Origin: Octopus vulgaris
Taxonomy: Eukaryota
DNA: 64,000 nucleotides
Direction of reading: 5' to 3'
Assembly (NCBI GenBank): GCA_951406725.2
Contig: OX597826.1
Coordinates: forward strand, 16,430,001 to 16,494,000
The translations under genes were made by a program, and so were the position numbers. Under the pieces are notes generated by a model, which saw only the letters and a list, made by a program, of their open reading frames with translations, made no database searches and was not told the DNA's origin. Numbering within the stretch: position 1 is the stretch's first letter; every line of letters starts with the position of its first letter. Shown here piece by piece: positions 11,780 to 26,100 of this stretch.

Positions 11780-12040
11780 TCTTAGCAATTTAGTCGGTGT
11801 GTCTGATGCAGCGTCCAGCCAGCGTCATCCTTCTATGCTGTATCTTCAATGTTACTTTTGGTAGTCCCTCTTATAAGTCTGTATTTGTTGTATGACTCTT
11901 CCAGAAGACATTGAGTGTCATTCTAACCATCCTCGCATAACAACTGTCCAACTGCTTCTTCAATGCTTTAGTGAATGTCCATGTTTCTGCCCCGTGTAGA
12001 ACAACAGATTCCACTGTTGTTAGAAACAACAATCGACACA
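11780..12040 (-). pseudogene. RTE/RTE-X-type LINE ORF C-terminal fragment
   Basis: Minus translation VESVVLHGAETWTFTKALKKQLDSCYARMVRMTLNVFWKSHTTN...LPKVTLKIQHRRMTLAGRCIRH matches the post-RT motif LLYGxETW...RRLxxAGHxxRH. Confidence 0.8.
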
Positions 12041-12069
12041 ATCCGATTGCATTGATGAAAGCGGTATCG

Positions 12070-13620
12070 TTGCCAGGGTCTGATGATGCAGCTGCATTAT
12101 TTTACGCCTTTGAGGTTTGTCTTTCAGAGAGGTACTGCGACAAATTTCAAAGGAAGAAACAACATCGCTGATGGTATGGCACCAAACGACGCGGTCTGCT
12201 GTTAGAGTGGACACTCACGATAATCAATGTCACAAACCCGAAGAAATTGCTTGAGACAGTCCTTTTACCGTTTCCTTGGTGCCCCTCTGTCGCGGTGGCA
12301 AATGTTGAGCTCACCGTACATGATGATCTTGGGTAGGCGGTGGTCTTTCATCCTGTCAAAGAACCTTGCCCAAAGCAGTCGTGTATCACGTAAAATGGCT
12401 TCCAGACTGGTGACCTTTGCTCACTCAAGGACGTCAGTGTTAGTGATGTGGTCGTTCCATTAATGTTGAGGATTGTATGGAGCAGCGTTGGTGTAAAACC
12501 TTCAAGGAGCCTGAAATGATAGTCGTAGGGAACCCAGGACATAAAGACATATATGAGCTTCTTGAGAACGACCACAATGTATGTTTGATTTTTTGCTGAT
12601 CTTATGTTGCTTGTTGTTCCACACACACGCTCGTACAGTCTGCCAAAAGCTTTGTTTGCCATTGCAAGTCTTTTTTTCAGTTTCTTTGCTGATACTGGTA
12701 TCTGATCAAATGTTGCATCCAAGATAAGTGAACTGCTGTACCGACTTCAGTTCTGTCTCGACAATAGCAATGTGGGGCGGGTAGTGCTCTTCCTGAGGAG
12801 CTGGCTGGTGTAGGACTTCAGTCTTTTTCAAGCTTACTTCCAGCCCGAAGAGCTGGGTGGCTTCTGCGTGTGCGACAAGTAAAGCATTATCTGAAAAGAA
12901 GAGTTCCTGGATCAATTAATCTTGGGTTTTGTGTGGGCCTCTAGGCGCTGGAGGTTGAAAAGACTGCCATCGAGACGGCACCTGTTGCAGACACCGTCTT
13001 CAGCATTGAATTCTGCAGTGGCCTGGTTGAGCATCATGCTGAAAAAATGTTTAAGAGAGTTGGTGGCAGGGCAGTTCTGCTTGACGCCGTTTTTGATCGG
13101 GAATGCTTCAGATATGTTGCTATTCAGGTCATTGTTGGTCTTTATGAAGCTGGATGATCATCGTTAGGAATTTTGGGGGACAGTCAAGTCGGTTTAGGAT
13201 CTGGCATAGACCTTTCCTGTTCACAGTTTCGAGCGATTTTGCCAGATCGACAAACGTTACATAAAGTGGTTTGATTTGCTTCTAGCAGTTTTCTTGGAGC
13301 TGCCTAAGAGCGAAAATCAAATCATATCTCCCGTGCCCCTGTCGGCTCTGAAACTGCATTGGCTGTCTGGAAGAGGATTTTCGGCGATGGACAGAACAAG
13401 TCTGTTGAGGAGTAAAAATGTTAGAACTTTTCCTGCAGTGGAAAGCAGGGTGAGCCCCAGGTAGTTTAAGCAGTCTGACAACATCACAGACACCTTGTGG
13501 CAGCTTGCCCTATTCCCAGTATGCAACGAGGATCACGTGGGGTTTAGCACGTAGGACAGGACCCCCATGCTTCCATATCTCTTGTGGTATTCCATCGACT
13601 CCTGCTGCCTTTCTATACTA
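12070..13620 (-). pseudogene. Decayed RTE (BovB-like) LINE reverse transcriptase
   Basis: Fragments LTLLSTAGKVL..LLNRL, LPDSQCSFRADRGTGDMI, QELFFSDNALLVAH (FADD), FGLEVSLKKTEVLHQPAP, FTYLG and YGEL...RGAPRKR. Many frameshifts. Confidence 0.9.
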
Positions 13621-15493
13621 ATACCACTCACTAAATAAGCTTCGATGTTGGAAGATCCGTTTTTTTTACCTACTAATTTCTTGTTCTTAACTCTGAGTTC
13701 CCTTTCCTTGTTTTGTAACTACTGCTTAAGAAAGAACTCAAACGCCTCTTGATGATTCACGTATAACAGCTGAGCTTGCTACCGCGCCTTAATTTCATTG
13801 CTTTCTTTTTTGAACCAACAAAAGAGCACATTTCCTGAATTACCCTGTCGTTTTCAAGTTTGATAATGAGTTACAAATCCGTGATGAACAGTTAACATAC
13901 TATTTATCGTGAGCCACATTGCGCTTCATATTCAAAAACTATCCAAGTCTCATATTTCTATCTCTCCTTTATACCATTTTATTGAGATAGTCGTTATTTG
14001 CAGTAAAAGTCTTTGCGTGGGTTTATAATTATAAGTGGCGATTCGCCTCAATCTTCGGTTTGAAGTTCGTGTATTTTCTGACACGTTTAATGTAACCACA
14101 TTCTTCACCTCCTTAAAAATTAGAATTTTCACTGTCCTATGTATTCCTTTCAAACTGTCATTTCAAGGTCTTCTTTTCTCTTCTAGTTAACTCTTTGGTT
14201 AAACTCTTCCTCGTCCATCATTTGATCTGCATTTACAGCCATATATTTCGTGGCTTATTGCAGCAGGTTTTCATCACTATTTATCAAATACTCGGCCAGC
14301 GCTCTCCTTTCATTCCTTGTACAATGGTCTATACTAGTTACTAAAGTAAAATTACTCACGACATTCATGTCAATTGGTAAGGCTGCATCAATGATCTGAT
14401 AGTATTGTTGTTGTTGTTCTGGTAGAGTAGTGGATTTCCTTTGTCTTTAGAGATATGATAACGTTCGAAACGTCATTTATTCCACATAAATAAGTCTCTG
14501 AGTCCAAATTCTGGTGACCCAAGAATATTCGATATTCTATTCTTTGACTTCTTTAAGTAATTTTACTATGGCACGCAGTGCCGCGGCCATCAACAGTGTT
14601 TCGAAGAAACCAGTAACAGTTGTCATGTTTTACACTCTAGGGTTTAACTCGCTCTTAATGCTGAACAGTTTAGTTTATGTGAGGCAAACAACGCAAAAGC
14701 GCATGTTTAGTGTTGAGGAGAGGAAAAGAACCACAATTATGCAAAAGGTAACACATTCACGAACGAACACACATACACATACACACACACATTCTACACA
14801 ATTACATCGTTAGTAATTAGTCCGAATGGGGTTAGTTGCCCACTGTGACTCGGGGTAATACCGTACCCACATGGTTGCATCGTCATACTTACGCTTTAAA
14901 GTAAAATAGTTATTTACTAAGTCGGTTCGACTAATTCCGTCGCATTAAATTGCCTTGTGTCTGAATTAGACAGAATTATTATTGAAAATTTATTGTTTCT
15001 ATTATCGTTTTGCTTGTTCTTGCTTCATTCATTTGCACATGAAATATTTCAACCAATATTCAGATTAAAACATATTTTTCTCCTAGTTGTTATAAAAAGC
15101 CTAGATTCTGACGGTAAAAGATTACCAATTATCACTTTATGAAAAGAATGTCCGATATTGGTATATTTCTGCTGGAGATTCATTATCTGAAATATCTTTT
15201 GATTGATGCAAAGAAGTGAAAACTAGAACATTTCACATAACCATAATAAAAGGTGCAATTCAGCTGGAGATAATTTTGTTTAATTTTATATCTCTTAAAA
15301 ATCTCTTTGAAGTGCGATGGAAGAAATTCCGAACAATCTAAATCATACACTAACTTCTTTATAATATATAGGTATCCACATACTCTTATGTTCATACACA
15401 TTTATATCCAGACATAATTATGCAAGCATATATAAATATATTGTTAATTTTGTTAAGCACATTTCCAGATGCAATACAGTCTGGAATATATAT

Positions 15494-15582
<89 letters not shown>

Positions 15583-15590
15583 TATGTACT

Positions 15591-15628
<38 letters not shown>

Positions 15629-16204
15629 AATGTATACATGTCTATACTTATGTATATCGGCATGCATGTATGGATGGATGTGTATATGTATGAATATGAC
15701 TATATAAGTATGTTATATCTCTATTTAAGTTTGTTTTCATCTGCAAAATTTAAGACGGTTTCTAACAATGCGGCAAGATTTTGTTTACAACATCTTGTTC
15801 TTAAGATACGTATTAGAGTGTGTATGTACGTCCGCGCGACGATAAACAATAAGGAGAGTTTCATTATTGTTATAGCATATGTGCGTGTGTTTAGTATCTT
15901 ACTTTTGCATGCGGCTGTATGCATGCTTTTATATAAGGTATCTCAAATGGAAAAGCTCTTAAATGATTTAGAAATTTTAACTGCATAATTAATCAAGTGT
16001 ATTTGCTGAATGCGACCAGAGTATTTTGCCTTTTCTTAGAGAGTTCCCAAATTTCTAGGCCTTTATGCAAGTAATATAAATCAATGTGTCTATGATAATA
16101 ACTACACATGAAAATGTATGATGTGGTTATAAAGACTGTGAAGTTCATATTTGTTCTCTACAGTTGTTTCTTGCTGTCCACTGTTCGATATAATATTAGT
16201 TTGC

Positions 16205-16626
16205 GATTTTGGCACAATGCCAGCAAATTCAGAGTAGGGGTAAATCGATTTCATCATTTCTAGTAAACAACCGGTACCTATTTGATTGACACCGAAAGGA
16301 AGAACAGCAATGTTGACCGCGGTGGAATTTGAACACAGAACGGGAAAATGTAGGGAATGCTGCTGTGCATTTTACCCTGCGTGCAAACCTTTCTTATTTC
16401 TCTATTGCCCACAAGGGGCTAAACATAAAGGGGAAAAACAAGGACAGACAAACGGATTAAGTCGATTACATCGACCCCAGTGCGTAACTGGTACTTATTT
16501 AATGGACCCCGAAAGGGTGAAAGGCCTTGTCGACCTCGGCGGAATTTGAACTCAGAACGTAGCGGCAGACGAAATACCGCAAAGTATTTCGCCCGGCGTG
16601 CTAAAGTTTCTGCCAGCTCGCCGCTT
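16205..16626 (-). mobile_element. Family 2 SINE (16395-16626) joined directly to a 5'-clipped older copy (16205-16394)
   Basis: Sequence identity with the other copies. The junction on minus reads GAGAAATA|AGAAAGGTTTGCACGCAGGG. Confidence 0.88.
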
Positions 16627-17123
16627 AATGTACCAAGTAATACTGATGTTTGACGGAATTTCGATTTCTACAACCCCTGAAATTTGTTCCATATTCTGTT
16701 AAACAATATTTGACTTAGTAATGCTTCACCAATATCTGACTTAAAGTAGCGCTACAACTGAATTTTTTTCATTTGTTAAACTTCAGATTTATTCTGTCTT
16801 TTATGATTCTTTGATATAACGATCGCGGCAAAACTTCCTGCGGATGGTATTACAGATCCTTTTAGTATTAATGTCATGTCTTAGCAGAAAGTTTGTTTGG
16901 GGGACATTTCTACGCAACTGTTTATGAATATAGAGGGTATCTCTCACTCAAATACGTCATAACGTGAAAGGTTGAAAGGTATCCACATCTCTGCGGTTGA
17001 GTAGTTATTCAGTGGCTGTCTTTTCTTGTATAGCAAAAGGGTGATATTCATGAGATGTGATATATGTATAGTGCTTGCTTTTTCCATGGGTATGAGTAAG
17101 TATTTCATTTATGTCTTACGTAC

Positions 17124-17241
17124 TTATCGCTGAGGAGAAAATTCTTATGAATTAACTCTGAAATTGGGACCAATACGGTAAGAACGGAATTTTTTAGAAA
17201 TTTCTGTCGACTTGTTTCGAGACGCATGTTAATAGTGATAA
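17124..17241 (+). ncRNA. Degenerate hammerhead-like motif in a relic ending at the (TA)n tract near 17410
   Basis: TTATCG-CTGAGGA-GAAA...TTTC-GAGA-CGCATGT...TGATAA. The GAAA is mutated and spacing is irregular. Confidence 0.4.
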
Positions 17242-17407
17242 ATTATAATAGTTATTGACAATTTGTCTATTTTCGTCATATTTGGCATTAGACTTTTTTT
17301 CTCTTGCCCTTGTTTTATAAGTTATTCATAAATTTAACCTTTAAAGGTATTTTTTAATTTGCTGGCCATTGATAAAATTTTTTTCGAAAAATTTTATCCT
17401 ATATAAG

Positions 17408-17445
<38 letters not shown>

Positions 17446-17449
17446 CAAT

Positions 17450-18200
17450 TAAAATACAGGCAATTATTGCTGTTGATGTCGATGATATTATGTAGCTTTT
17501 AGGATATGCATCCGGGCATAAATTTGTGTTGACCTTATAAGTGTCTATCTAAGCAGACTAGTCCAGCCAACATAGGTTTTCATGAAACTCTTGTAAATGA
17601 GAATATTCATTCATTTTCATGGTGTTATTATTTTCGCTTTTCACCACACGGGAGATGTACCATCCTATTTAGCAGGTGTTGCTGATGTGATACGATGGAG
17701 TAATTAAAAGGTAACTGGGTAAATTTTATGACCCTGTTACTGTAGATGTGGAAATTACTTATAGATTTTAATATCGTCCTAGTAATTATATCTAAGTCGC
17801 GGAGTTTTTCAATTGTTCAATGCAGTAGTTTAGTATACCAACTGTTTGTACCAGTATTAACACAATGAAAAGACTGAGGGTCATGGTGTTTTTGAATGTA
17901 GACAGATCTGACTTTTATTCCTTCCAAGGTCTGCCGACGTAGTCTTTTGTCATTCTAGATTACTCACAGTATGTAATATTCCCATCAGTTCGAAGGCATT
18001 TCCATCATTCATCACAGGAAATAGATTACATAAACAGGCTTTTGTTGTTTACATACTTTCTCTAGTCAACAATTCTTCTTTAGAGTATCAAATATCAATA
18101 CATATAATAAACAAACTTCATTTCTAAGATTCACAGAAAGGTTTAGCCCCAATTTTGATACTCGCTGTTGTGAATATTTCTTGGAATAGCTTAAATGTAT
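17450..18200 (-). pseudogene. Very old CR1/L2-like RT remnant
   Basis: Only a weak motif echo on minus (PVYVIYF...NAFE, resembling VDVIYLDFxKAFD). Confidence 0.3.
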
Positions 18201-19732
18201 GAACCAAATAGGCGTAATTCACATTAATTCTTTCTCATCTTCTAGAGATTAAATAGGATAACCTTTGCATATAATTAGCAGTACTAACAAGGATTTCAGT
18301 ATAGAGGCAAAGAATACTTGTTTATGAGTGTGTGTTTGATTGTGTGTGTGTGTGCGTGTGGTGTGTGGTATATGGGTGTGCGTATATATGTGTGTGTGTG
18401 TTGTGAATATCAGAAGCATTTTTGCCTTTTGTACACGTTCCCTCTGCTTCCTGTTGTATGTATATACTCTCTCGCTTTCTTACCAAATACATGGCATTTC
18501 CTGGAATCTTCCCCCCACCCCACTAGTTCTCCTTGTCGTTATATAATTATCTTCCTCTTTCTTTCCCGTCATCGTATTTTCTCTGTATTTTTTCTCTTTC
18601 TTCGTTTCACTCATTTTATGTTCGTCGCATAATTTTCCTTTGTTCCCTTGTAGCTTTACATTCTGGATTCAAAAGAAAAAGAAAGAAATTTTAGAGAATC
18701 TGTGATTAATGTAGATCTGGTAATGCTAATGACTATGACTTAATAGTAAATTTTAATTCCGGAGTAGGACAAACGTCGTGGAAATGTGTGTCAAAGTGTG
18801 GCCATAGAAAAATATAATATTTTTTTCAGTCTCAAGAAAATGGATACGGTTTATATTTCCATCAATAATATCCCCAGAAAAAAAACTACACGGTAAATGA
18901 ACGCAATTTTCTTAGCATGGCTCTATTGTATTGAGCCATGCAGGTTGAAAGAGCACATCTATATTATCAAACAAAATGGTCGTCCATGAAACCTTCAGCA
19001 AAAGGTTTCTGTGCATGGGACCCAATAGATATACCATAATTTTAGAGATATTTTCCTAAAGAGACCAAATAAGTAGAGATAGGCTTGTGTCTTACAGAAG
19101 GGCGCAGTAAAATGGAGATTTCCAACACTCGGTTGGATAGCAGAAATTAACGACTGAAAGATTATAATTGACCAATTCTGACTGAAATATTTAATGAACA
19201 CCTCCATTTTGGAAAAAAGTAGTTTAAAAGAATCCATCAGTTACAGAATCTGATATTAAGGGATCTTACGCTTCAATACTTATTTCGACGGCGACACTAT
19301 TGCAATGATTTTATGAATTCCAGTATTCATCTCTTCTGCTCGTGAAGATACCGCACCGTTTAATATCTTGCTGTATACACGGAAATTTTTAAGGTGTTTT
19401 TTCTAGCGATAGCTACACAGCAAGGTGCATAAATTGCTGAGATTGCTTCGTTTTTTCCCATACTTTATAATATGATTTCTCTGCGGAGTATCATGTTCTC
19501 TCTCTCATGATGTAATTTTAAACTCAACTTGAAATCCTGTGTATACGAGGATCTGTATGAATCGAAACGTTTGAAGCGATTAAAAAGCTGCCTAACCGTA
19601 CTTGCTCTTCCTTTTAATTCCGATGATTTATTTTGACAAACAAGGAATACCTAAGACTAGAATTTAGGAATTCTAAGGGTAAAGGAGCTCTATTTGTACT
19701 TTTGTACGTTCTTAACAGAACACACCTCAACT

Positions 19733-19804
<72 letters not shown>

Positions 19805-19817
19805 TATATATATATAA

Positions 19818-20340
19818 GACTCTGTGACAAACCAGGAAGAGATGGACAGAGCTTGGGTAACAAGCATTGAATCAATGTTGCCGAAGGCTAGTTAAGCAGG
19901 ACTGGTGATGTCACCAGAAAGAATGACAACCGTGTACCAAGGCAGCTGTTATGCAGCGAGTTCACGTGGGCTTCAAGTAAACGCGGAAGACCTAAACTGA
20001 GGTACAAAGACAACACTAGGAAAAGTAACGTCAAATGGATCGGCATTAGGTCACGTGATAGGTTAACATGAAGGTCTTTTACGTCTCTGAAGGTCTGATA
20101 CCCTCTCCAGGCCTGTTACCTCAGGATCAGCAGCTGCCTTTAAAAGACCGGCGACAGTGTCTGGATGCTGCAGCAGAAAGTGGTCACAGGGCAGAATCCG
20201 ACTCAGTCCAAACATCAAGATATCGCTGTGACATCTATTGGTCCCTCTGTGCTTCCAGCTTTGGACTGCGGAGTAACCCAGCGCCCTCATTCCTGATAAC
20301 ACCATCTTTGTCACCATCAAACACCATGGGAATAGCTATA
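19818..20340 (+). pseudogene. 3' end of an RTE-clade LINE
   Basis: NDNRVPRQLLCSEFTWASSKRGRPKLRYKD followed by a degenerate terminal zinc finger YRCDIYWSLCASSFGLRS. Confidence 0.8.
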
Positions 20341-20475
20341 ACATACGTATACACACACACACACACACATATATATATAAATACATATATAGGTAGATAG
20401 GTATGTATTTGTATATACATGCCTGAGTGTGAGTGTGTGAGTGTAAGTGTATGTATGTCTATATATGTATATATG

Positions 20476-20510
<35 letters not shown>

Positions 20511-20511
20511 G

Positions 20512-20577
<66 letters not shown>

Positions 20578-20609
20578 TGCATGTATATATATACAGATAT
20601 ATATATATA

Positions 20610-20800
20610 TAGTTGAAAAATATCGTTATAAGTATAAAAATACCATAAACAATTATAGGAAAATGGAAGAGAAAAAAGATGTAAAATCAAAATTAGATTT
20701 AATAAAATCTAATGTTATTTTTGATTCAACATCTTTTTCTCCTCCATTTTTCTATAATTGTTTAATAGTATTTTTATACATAAAACGATATTTTCAGCTA
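20610..20800. repeat. ~190-bp imperfect palindrome starting at a (TA)n tract
   Basis: TAGTTGAAAAATATCGTT...AAACAATTATAGGAAAATGGA is mirrored by TCCATTTTTCTATAATTGTTT...AACGATATTTTCAGCTA. Confidence 0.85.
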
Positions 20801-21679
20801 CTATTTTCATATTCTTATTACTAGCTCTGTCTATGAATATGATGAATCTTTATAAGAAATTATTCTTGCTCTCTTTTTGGACCTTTCAAAAAGTTTAAAT
20901 TGTTCTCTTTTGAACTCATTTCGAAAGGGGTTTAAGAGTCATTATGAATAAAAAATTTATGAATAAAAAAGTAAACAGATTCGGAAAAGGAGAAGGAAAA
21001 TATATTTTAGAGAATTTTTGATATTTTTGTTTGATTGAGTGATTTAAAATAACAGTATTGATGTGTCGATCTAATTATATATTAAAAAGAATTTTGGCGG
21101 GAAAATAAATTAGGGGTTAATAATTTGCAGTTATGTTCTTAGTGAAATTTTACTTTAGAAATATTATATATATATATATTGTCTCTGTATGTTTGTGGCG
21201 AGGATCATGAATTTAACTTTCAGGAATTCTATTGAATCCAGCCCCAAACGTACATAGACAACGCATATATAGGAATATTAGAGAAGGATTCCGAAGTAAA
21301 TTTTCACTAAAAACATGGGTACAAACAGTTAACCCCTATTATCTTAAACCGCTTACTCTAAAAAATATTAAACATTATCTAAAATGTTCTTCTGTGCCTT
21401 TATTATTTACTTTTTCAGCTATATGTATATATATATGTGTGTGTGTGTGTGTGCGCACGTGTGTGTGTTCGCGCGCGTGTGTGTGTATTAATAAAACCAA
21501 GGAATGGAATTCCTTCAAAGGGGTCTGGAAAATTTCACAGGTACATCAGCTGAATCCTAAATAAGCAGGGGTATAATGCAAATCACAAACAATTAATTAA
21601 ACATATTCAATTCACAATCCAATAACTTATTTATATTATAATGGCAAAATATACTGGGAATATAATATAACGTAAAAAA

Positions 21680-21743
<64 letters not shown>

Positions 21744-21864
21744 TGTTTTTTAAAACTTTCTTATATTATATTCATAGTGTTTATGTCATATAATATAAAT
21801 AAATTATTGGATAGTCAATTGAATCTCTCTAAATATTTTATTATCACTCTCTCTCTCTCTCTCT

Positions 21865-22183
21865 ATGGACTCTCCCGTCGCAGGCGCTGTGGAGAGTTCC
21901 CTTCTGAAGTTCAAGTCCGGTTAAGGCTGTTTAGGGAAGACCAGTAGTCACCCATGCATAACAGTAAACCCTCTTCACGCCACTGATGTTATCCAAGGAA
22001 AAACAAAGGCCGATACAGCTAGGCACTAGTGACGTTTCAACTCTCTTCTACAACTAAGTGAACTAGATCAACATGAAATGAAGTGTCTTGCTCAAGAATA
22101 CAGTACAGCCCGCCCCGGGTATTGAATTCAGTACTTCGGGATAGTGAGCCCAGTGCTCTAAACACCAATTGATGCGCCTTCAC
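21865..22183 (-). mobile_element. tRNA-derived SINE with a head like that at 3880-3990 but a different 3' body
   Basis: Shares CAAC(A/G)TGAAAT...TCTTGCTCAAGAA...ATTGAA...TGAGCC...TGCTCTAA...GCCTTCAC with the 3733-3990 copy. Confidence 0.7.
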
Positions 22184-22200
22184 TATATATGTCTCACTCT

Positions 22201-22432
22201 AGGCGGCGAGCTGGCAGACACGTTGGCGCGCCGGGCGAAATGCTTAGTGGTATTTCGTCTGCCGCTACGTTCTGAGTTCAAATTCCGCCGGGGTCGACTT
22301 TGCCTTTCATCCATTCGGGGTCGACAAATAAAGTGCCAGTTTTGCACTGGGGTCGATGTAATCGACTTAATCCGTTTGTCTGTCCTTGTTTGCCCCCTCT
22401 ATGTTTAGCTCCTTGTGAGCAATAAAGAAATA
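22201..22432 (+). mobile_element. Family 2 SINE, full length
   Basis: High identity to 29478-29710. Confidence 0.92.
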
Positions 22433-22449
22433 TATATATATATGCCTAA

Positions 22450-22492
<43 letters not shown>

Positions 22493-24724
22493 ATAAATAT
22501 ATATATATATATATGCACACACACACACAAATATTAGAGAGAGAGAGAAAGTGAGAGAGACAGAGTAAGAGAGAGAGAGTGGGGGAGACACATATGTTAA
22601 TCCGATTGCAGGACAATGATATCTTGTGGGACGTAGTAAAGTCAGAAGCTTCAGTACCTAAAGAACCAAGGTGTTTCAGATACTCTTCTTTGTGCCACTA
22701 AAATTATGGCAACAGCGTATTCTGCTTCATGCTTGTTACAAATATTGCGATAAGCTTACTGAAAATTTAAAACTTTAAAGTCAACAGAAGTTCCCTATCA
22801 AGGTTATAAATAGGAAATCGATCATGCATCTCTCATCGCTATGTCGAAGAATATTTATTAATATGCTCCCTTTCTGAACTTAACTGCCCTGAATAATCTA
22901 ATCAACGAAAGTTTGAAACAGCAATCGTATAGTAATAGACTTTACCAATGTCAAAGTTGCAAAATCACTGCAGACTGCCAACAGATAGTTAATATATTTC
23001 TGATGTCAACTTTCAAGTTTTTTATTATCAAAATCTCGAGAGTGAAGATTTCTTCACTGTAATTCTGCCATTGAGCTAGCTACTCTAAACACAGAAGATA
23101 AAATAACAGACGAATGGTAGTGTTTTTTTCTCGAAACCGACGCAAATGCCACTAGAATCTTCAAGTTTACTGTCACTAAGACTTTAGGAAAAGAAAACTT
23201 CGGATAAAGAATAAATCTTGATCGTGGCGGCTAGGCAATGACAAAAGACTAAAGTTCTATCGCATCACATCAAGGCTGTTAATCTCCTTATGCACAACAA
23301 AACAGAATGAAATTATAACTAAAGTTTCACTCATGCAAATAGGAGCATACTTTTGGTATGTAACACTCCGGCTTTCGGAATATATAAGCTTCGCAATGTT
23401 AATCAATAAATCCCAAAGCAAATATTGACATTTCCTTGGCTACAACTAGAGCAATACTGACTTTGCTAACGGCTAATTTTATGTCAGAAGCTCAACAGTT
23501 ACAAGTCACCGTAATCTCTTTATGCTCTTTCTGATAAAATGTTATCATTGTATATCTAGAGGTACAAACATGTCAATATGCAGCTTTTCGAATACTTTGA
23601 TGGGTGCATTTTTAAGCCCTCTGAGCAGGGGCCACGATATCTTAGCATATTATTATTAGGACCAAGTATTAAAATTCCAATATTGTAACGTGGAAATTCT
23701 CTGGAAAATTTGATTTATACGCTCTACAATATTTTCTTTTCACTTCACATTGTGTTTCTATTATATATTTATGTTTTTCAAAGAAATTAAGGAGATCAAA
23801 TATAGAATATTAACTAAAATTATGAAACAGTTTATTAAGCATGAGGCTAATCTGTATGTATTAGATGACAATATGTACATACATGATGATGGTTGTCGAC
23901 ATGTCAATCAAGTGTAACTCAAAAGCAGCCCTGGGCAGAGTATATACACATAGGCAACAAATGTGTTAAAAACCAGCAACATACAAACTCGCTGGTAAAA
24001 TGGAGCTAAATATTTACAATTTAAAACTACAAGAAGGTGGGTAGACGTTGTTTCTGTGATGCGTGATCAGAAATGGCTTTTCAGTCCATCACGAGATTTA
24101 CAGATTCTTCAAAACAATTGATTTGAAAATGTTTGAGTTCGCTGGAAGTAGTTTTCACTGAGATGCCCATGTGCCTTGGCATCATAGATTTACTTCTGCA
24201 TACCTTATTTGGATACAGAGTAAATAAAGGATGGAAACACACGAGCCCTGTACGCTGCAGCATTTGGGTTTCTTGTTATATCACCCTTACACTAAACTCA
24301 CCCTTTAAAGTTTTGAGATGATTTCTGAACACAGTTTACTTCTTCTTTATCGGAAGAACCAACATGATTTAGAACAAGTCCAAGATATGTAGATTTCTCA
24401 AAACCATTCAGTTTTGTGTTTTGAAAGAAATCTTATGTTCATAATAAATTATTATCAGTCCAAATGCCATACAGGATTCGTGAAATATAAGCATTAGGTA
24501 CTGCGTGACTCTTTAAATGGGTTGCCCTGTCACATCCATCTGCACACAATCAATCTCTACAAAGGTAAATCTGTTTGTTTTTGCTGACAACCTTCTCAAA
24601 TTCAATAATTTACCTATGCTTCGACAATGAATATATTGGTAATATAGAACATCACAATAACTGCCCATATAAACGTTATACATTTTCTTCTCGATTATAT
24701 TCATTTATGTACGTATACATACAT

Positions 24725-26100
24725 TATGGCCGTCCACTCGTGACCGGGGAAGACTATAGCTGACTTTTAGGAACATTGCACGCGGTAGGACGAACTTATA
24801 TTTTGCATCTGCGGCTCCGTTGGTGGCTAAAGAACCCTGCTCTTGACATGAATACACGGTTGCAAACATTGCAAACTAAGCTTTCCAAATTCACTACGCT
24901 AGCAGTGCTCTTCCGTGTAGCACGCTTAAATTTTTCATGTAGAATACGTGCTTTTTCAAAGCTGTTGGCCCCTGTCCTTAACTTGCTTCCTCCTTCTTTG
25001 ACGATGATAGGTATTGCTCTCCCAATCGGTATCCTGCACATCACATGTCTTTAATGAGGATTTGTCACATTCCTTAAATCGCAGCTTTAGTTTCCTGTCG
25101 GGGTTTCTTTCCACTAACAAGTTCCCCATATAGCATCTGTTTAGGGATCCTGCTATCATTTACGTAACCGGTGCTTGTACACCATCGCCTCAATACGCAA
25201 GATATCAGCTTTGCTCAAGAATTGTGTGTCTGGACCAGACATAGAAAGAGAAGACATTTTTGATTCACCTTTTCTAAAACCTCCCCGGCTTCCGATTGAG
25301 CAGTATCCTGTCCAAATGGAGCTGCTCAGACACCCATGCAGCAACCGAATCTTATTGCTGTCTTGGACGATTTTATATCTAGCATGGGCCGTCTATGTGC
25401 AGGTCGCTTACTACATACTTCCAATCTGTTAGGTCGGCATGCTCTGCCACCTTTTAATCACCGCAGGTCTCCTGAATAAAAATAAAATAAATATATACTA
25501 AGGATAAATAAATATATGCCAAAAATAAAGAGACATATGTACTGTAAATAAAATTAATATATATAGGAGGGGAACGCGGCACATATCAAGCAGAGCTCAG
25601 CAATTCCTATGCAGAGTTTTAGGTCCAATAAGACATGTATGACACCTCATAGACCCTCACCACTCCATTGACATTATCCAGAAACAAGACAGAGTGAGAT
25701 GTCTGGTACCAATGTGAATCACAGTCTCAGGGACATGGGAGCGCCATGATATCTAACTCAAAATGTCAAATCCTACTCCCTGCATATCTGGTTTTATATC
25801 AGAGGGACCTTCCCCTACAGATATGCTTCAACAGAAGCTGAAGAGTGCCTCACAATCAGTGGTCTTCTAGCACGCCGGACACTATCCCGAAATTTCTGCG
25901 TACCCGTGCTATTCTTAGGTAGCCGTTGAGCCTGCCCTAGGTTAATGCGACTTTTCAACAGGTCTTGTTTTTAATTATGCCACCCTACTCACCAGGGTAG
26001 CCTGGTGAGGATGCCACTTTAATCACCGACAACCCGACCATGCAACAGGCTGTACTAGACTCCATGTTACCAGTAGCACTTATGAGAGCCTCATAAGTGA
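24725..26100 (-). mobile_element. RTE-clade LINE, probably internally deleted: C-terminal ORF part (24796-25260) and putative 5' region (to ~26100)
   Basis: LLYGELVSGKKP...KLRFKEC and terminal CCHH-type finger VCNVCNRVFMSRAGFFSHQRS. Assigning 25300-26100 to the same element is inference. Confidence 0.7.

Noticed and set aside
18915-18941. 9-bp hairpin GCATGGCTC/GAGCCATGC
   Set aside because: Short and without supporting context, so compatible with chance or a transposon remnant.
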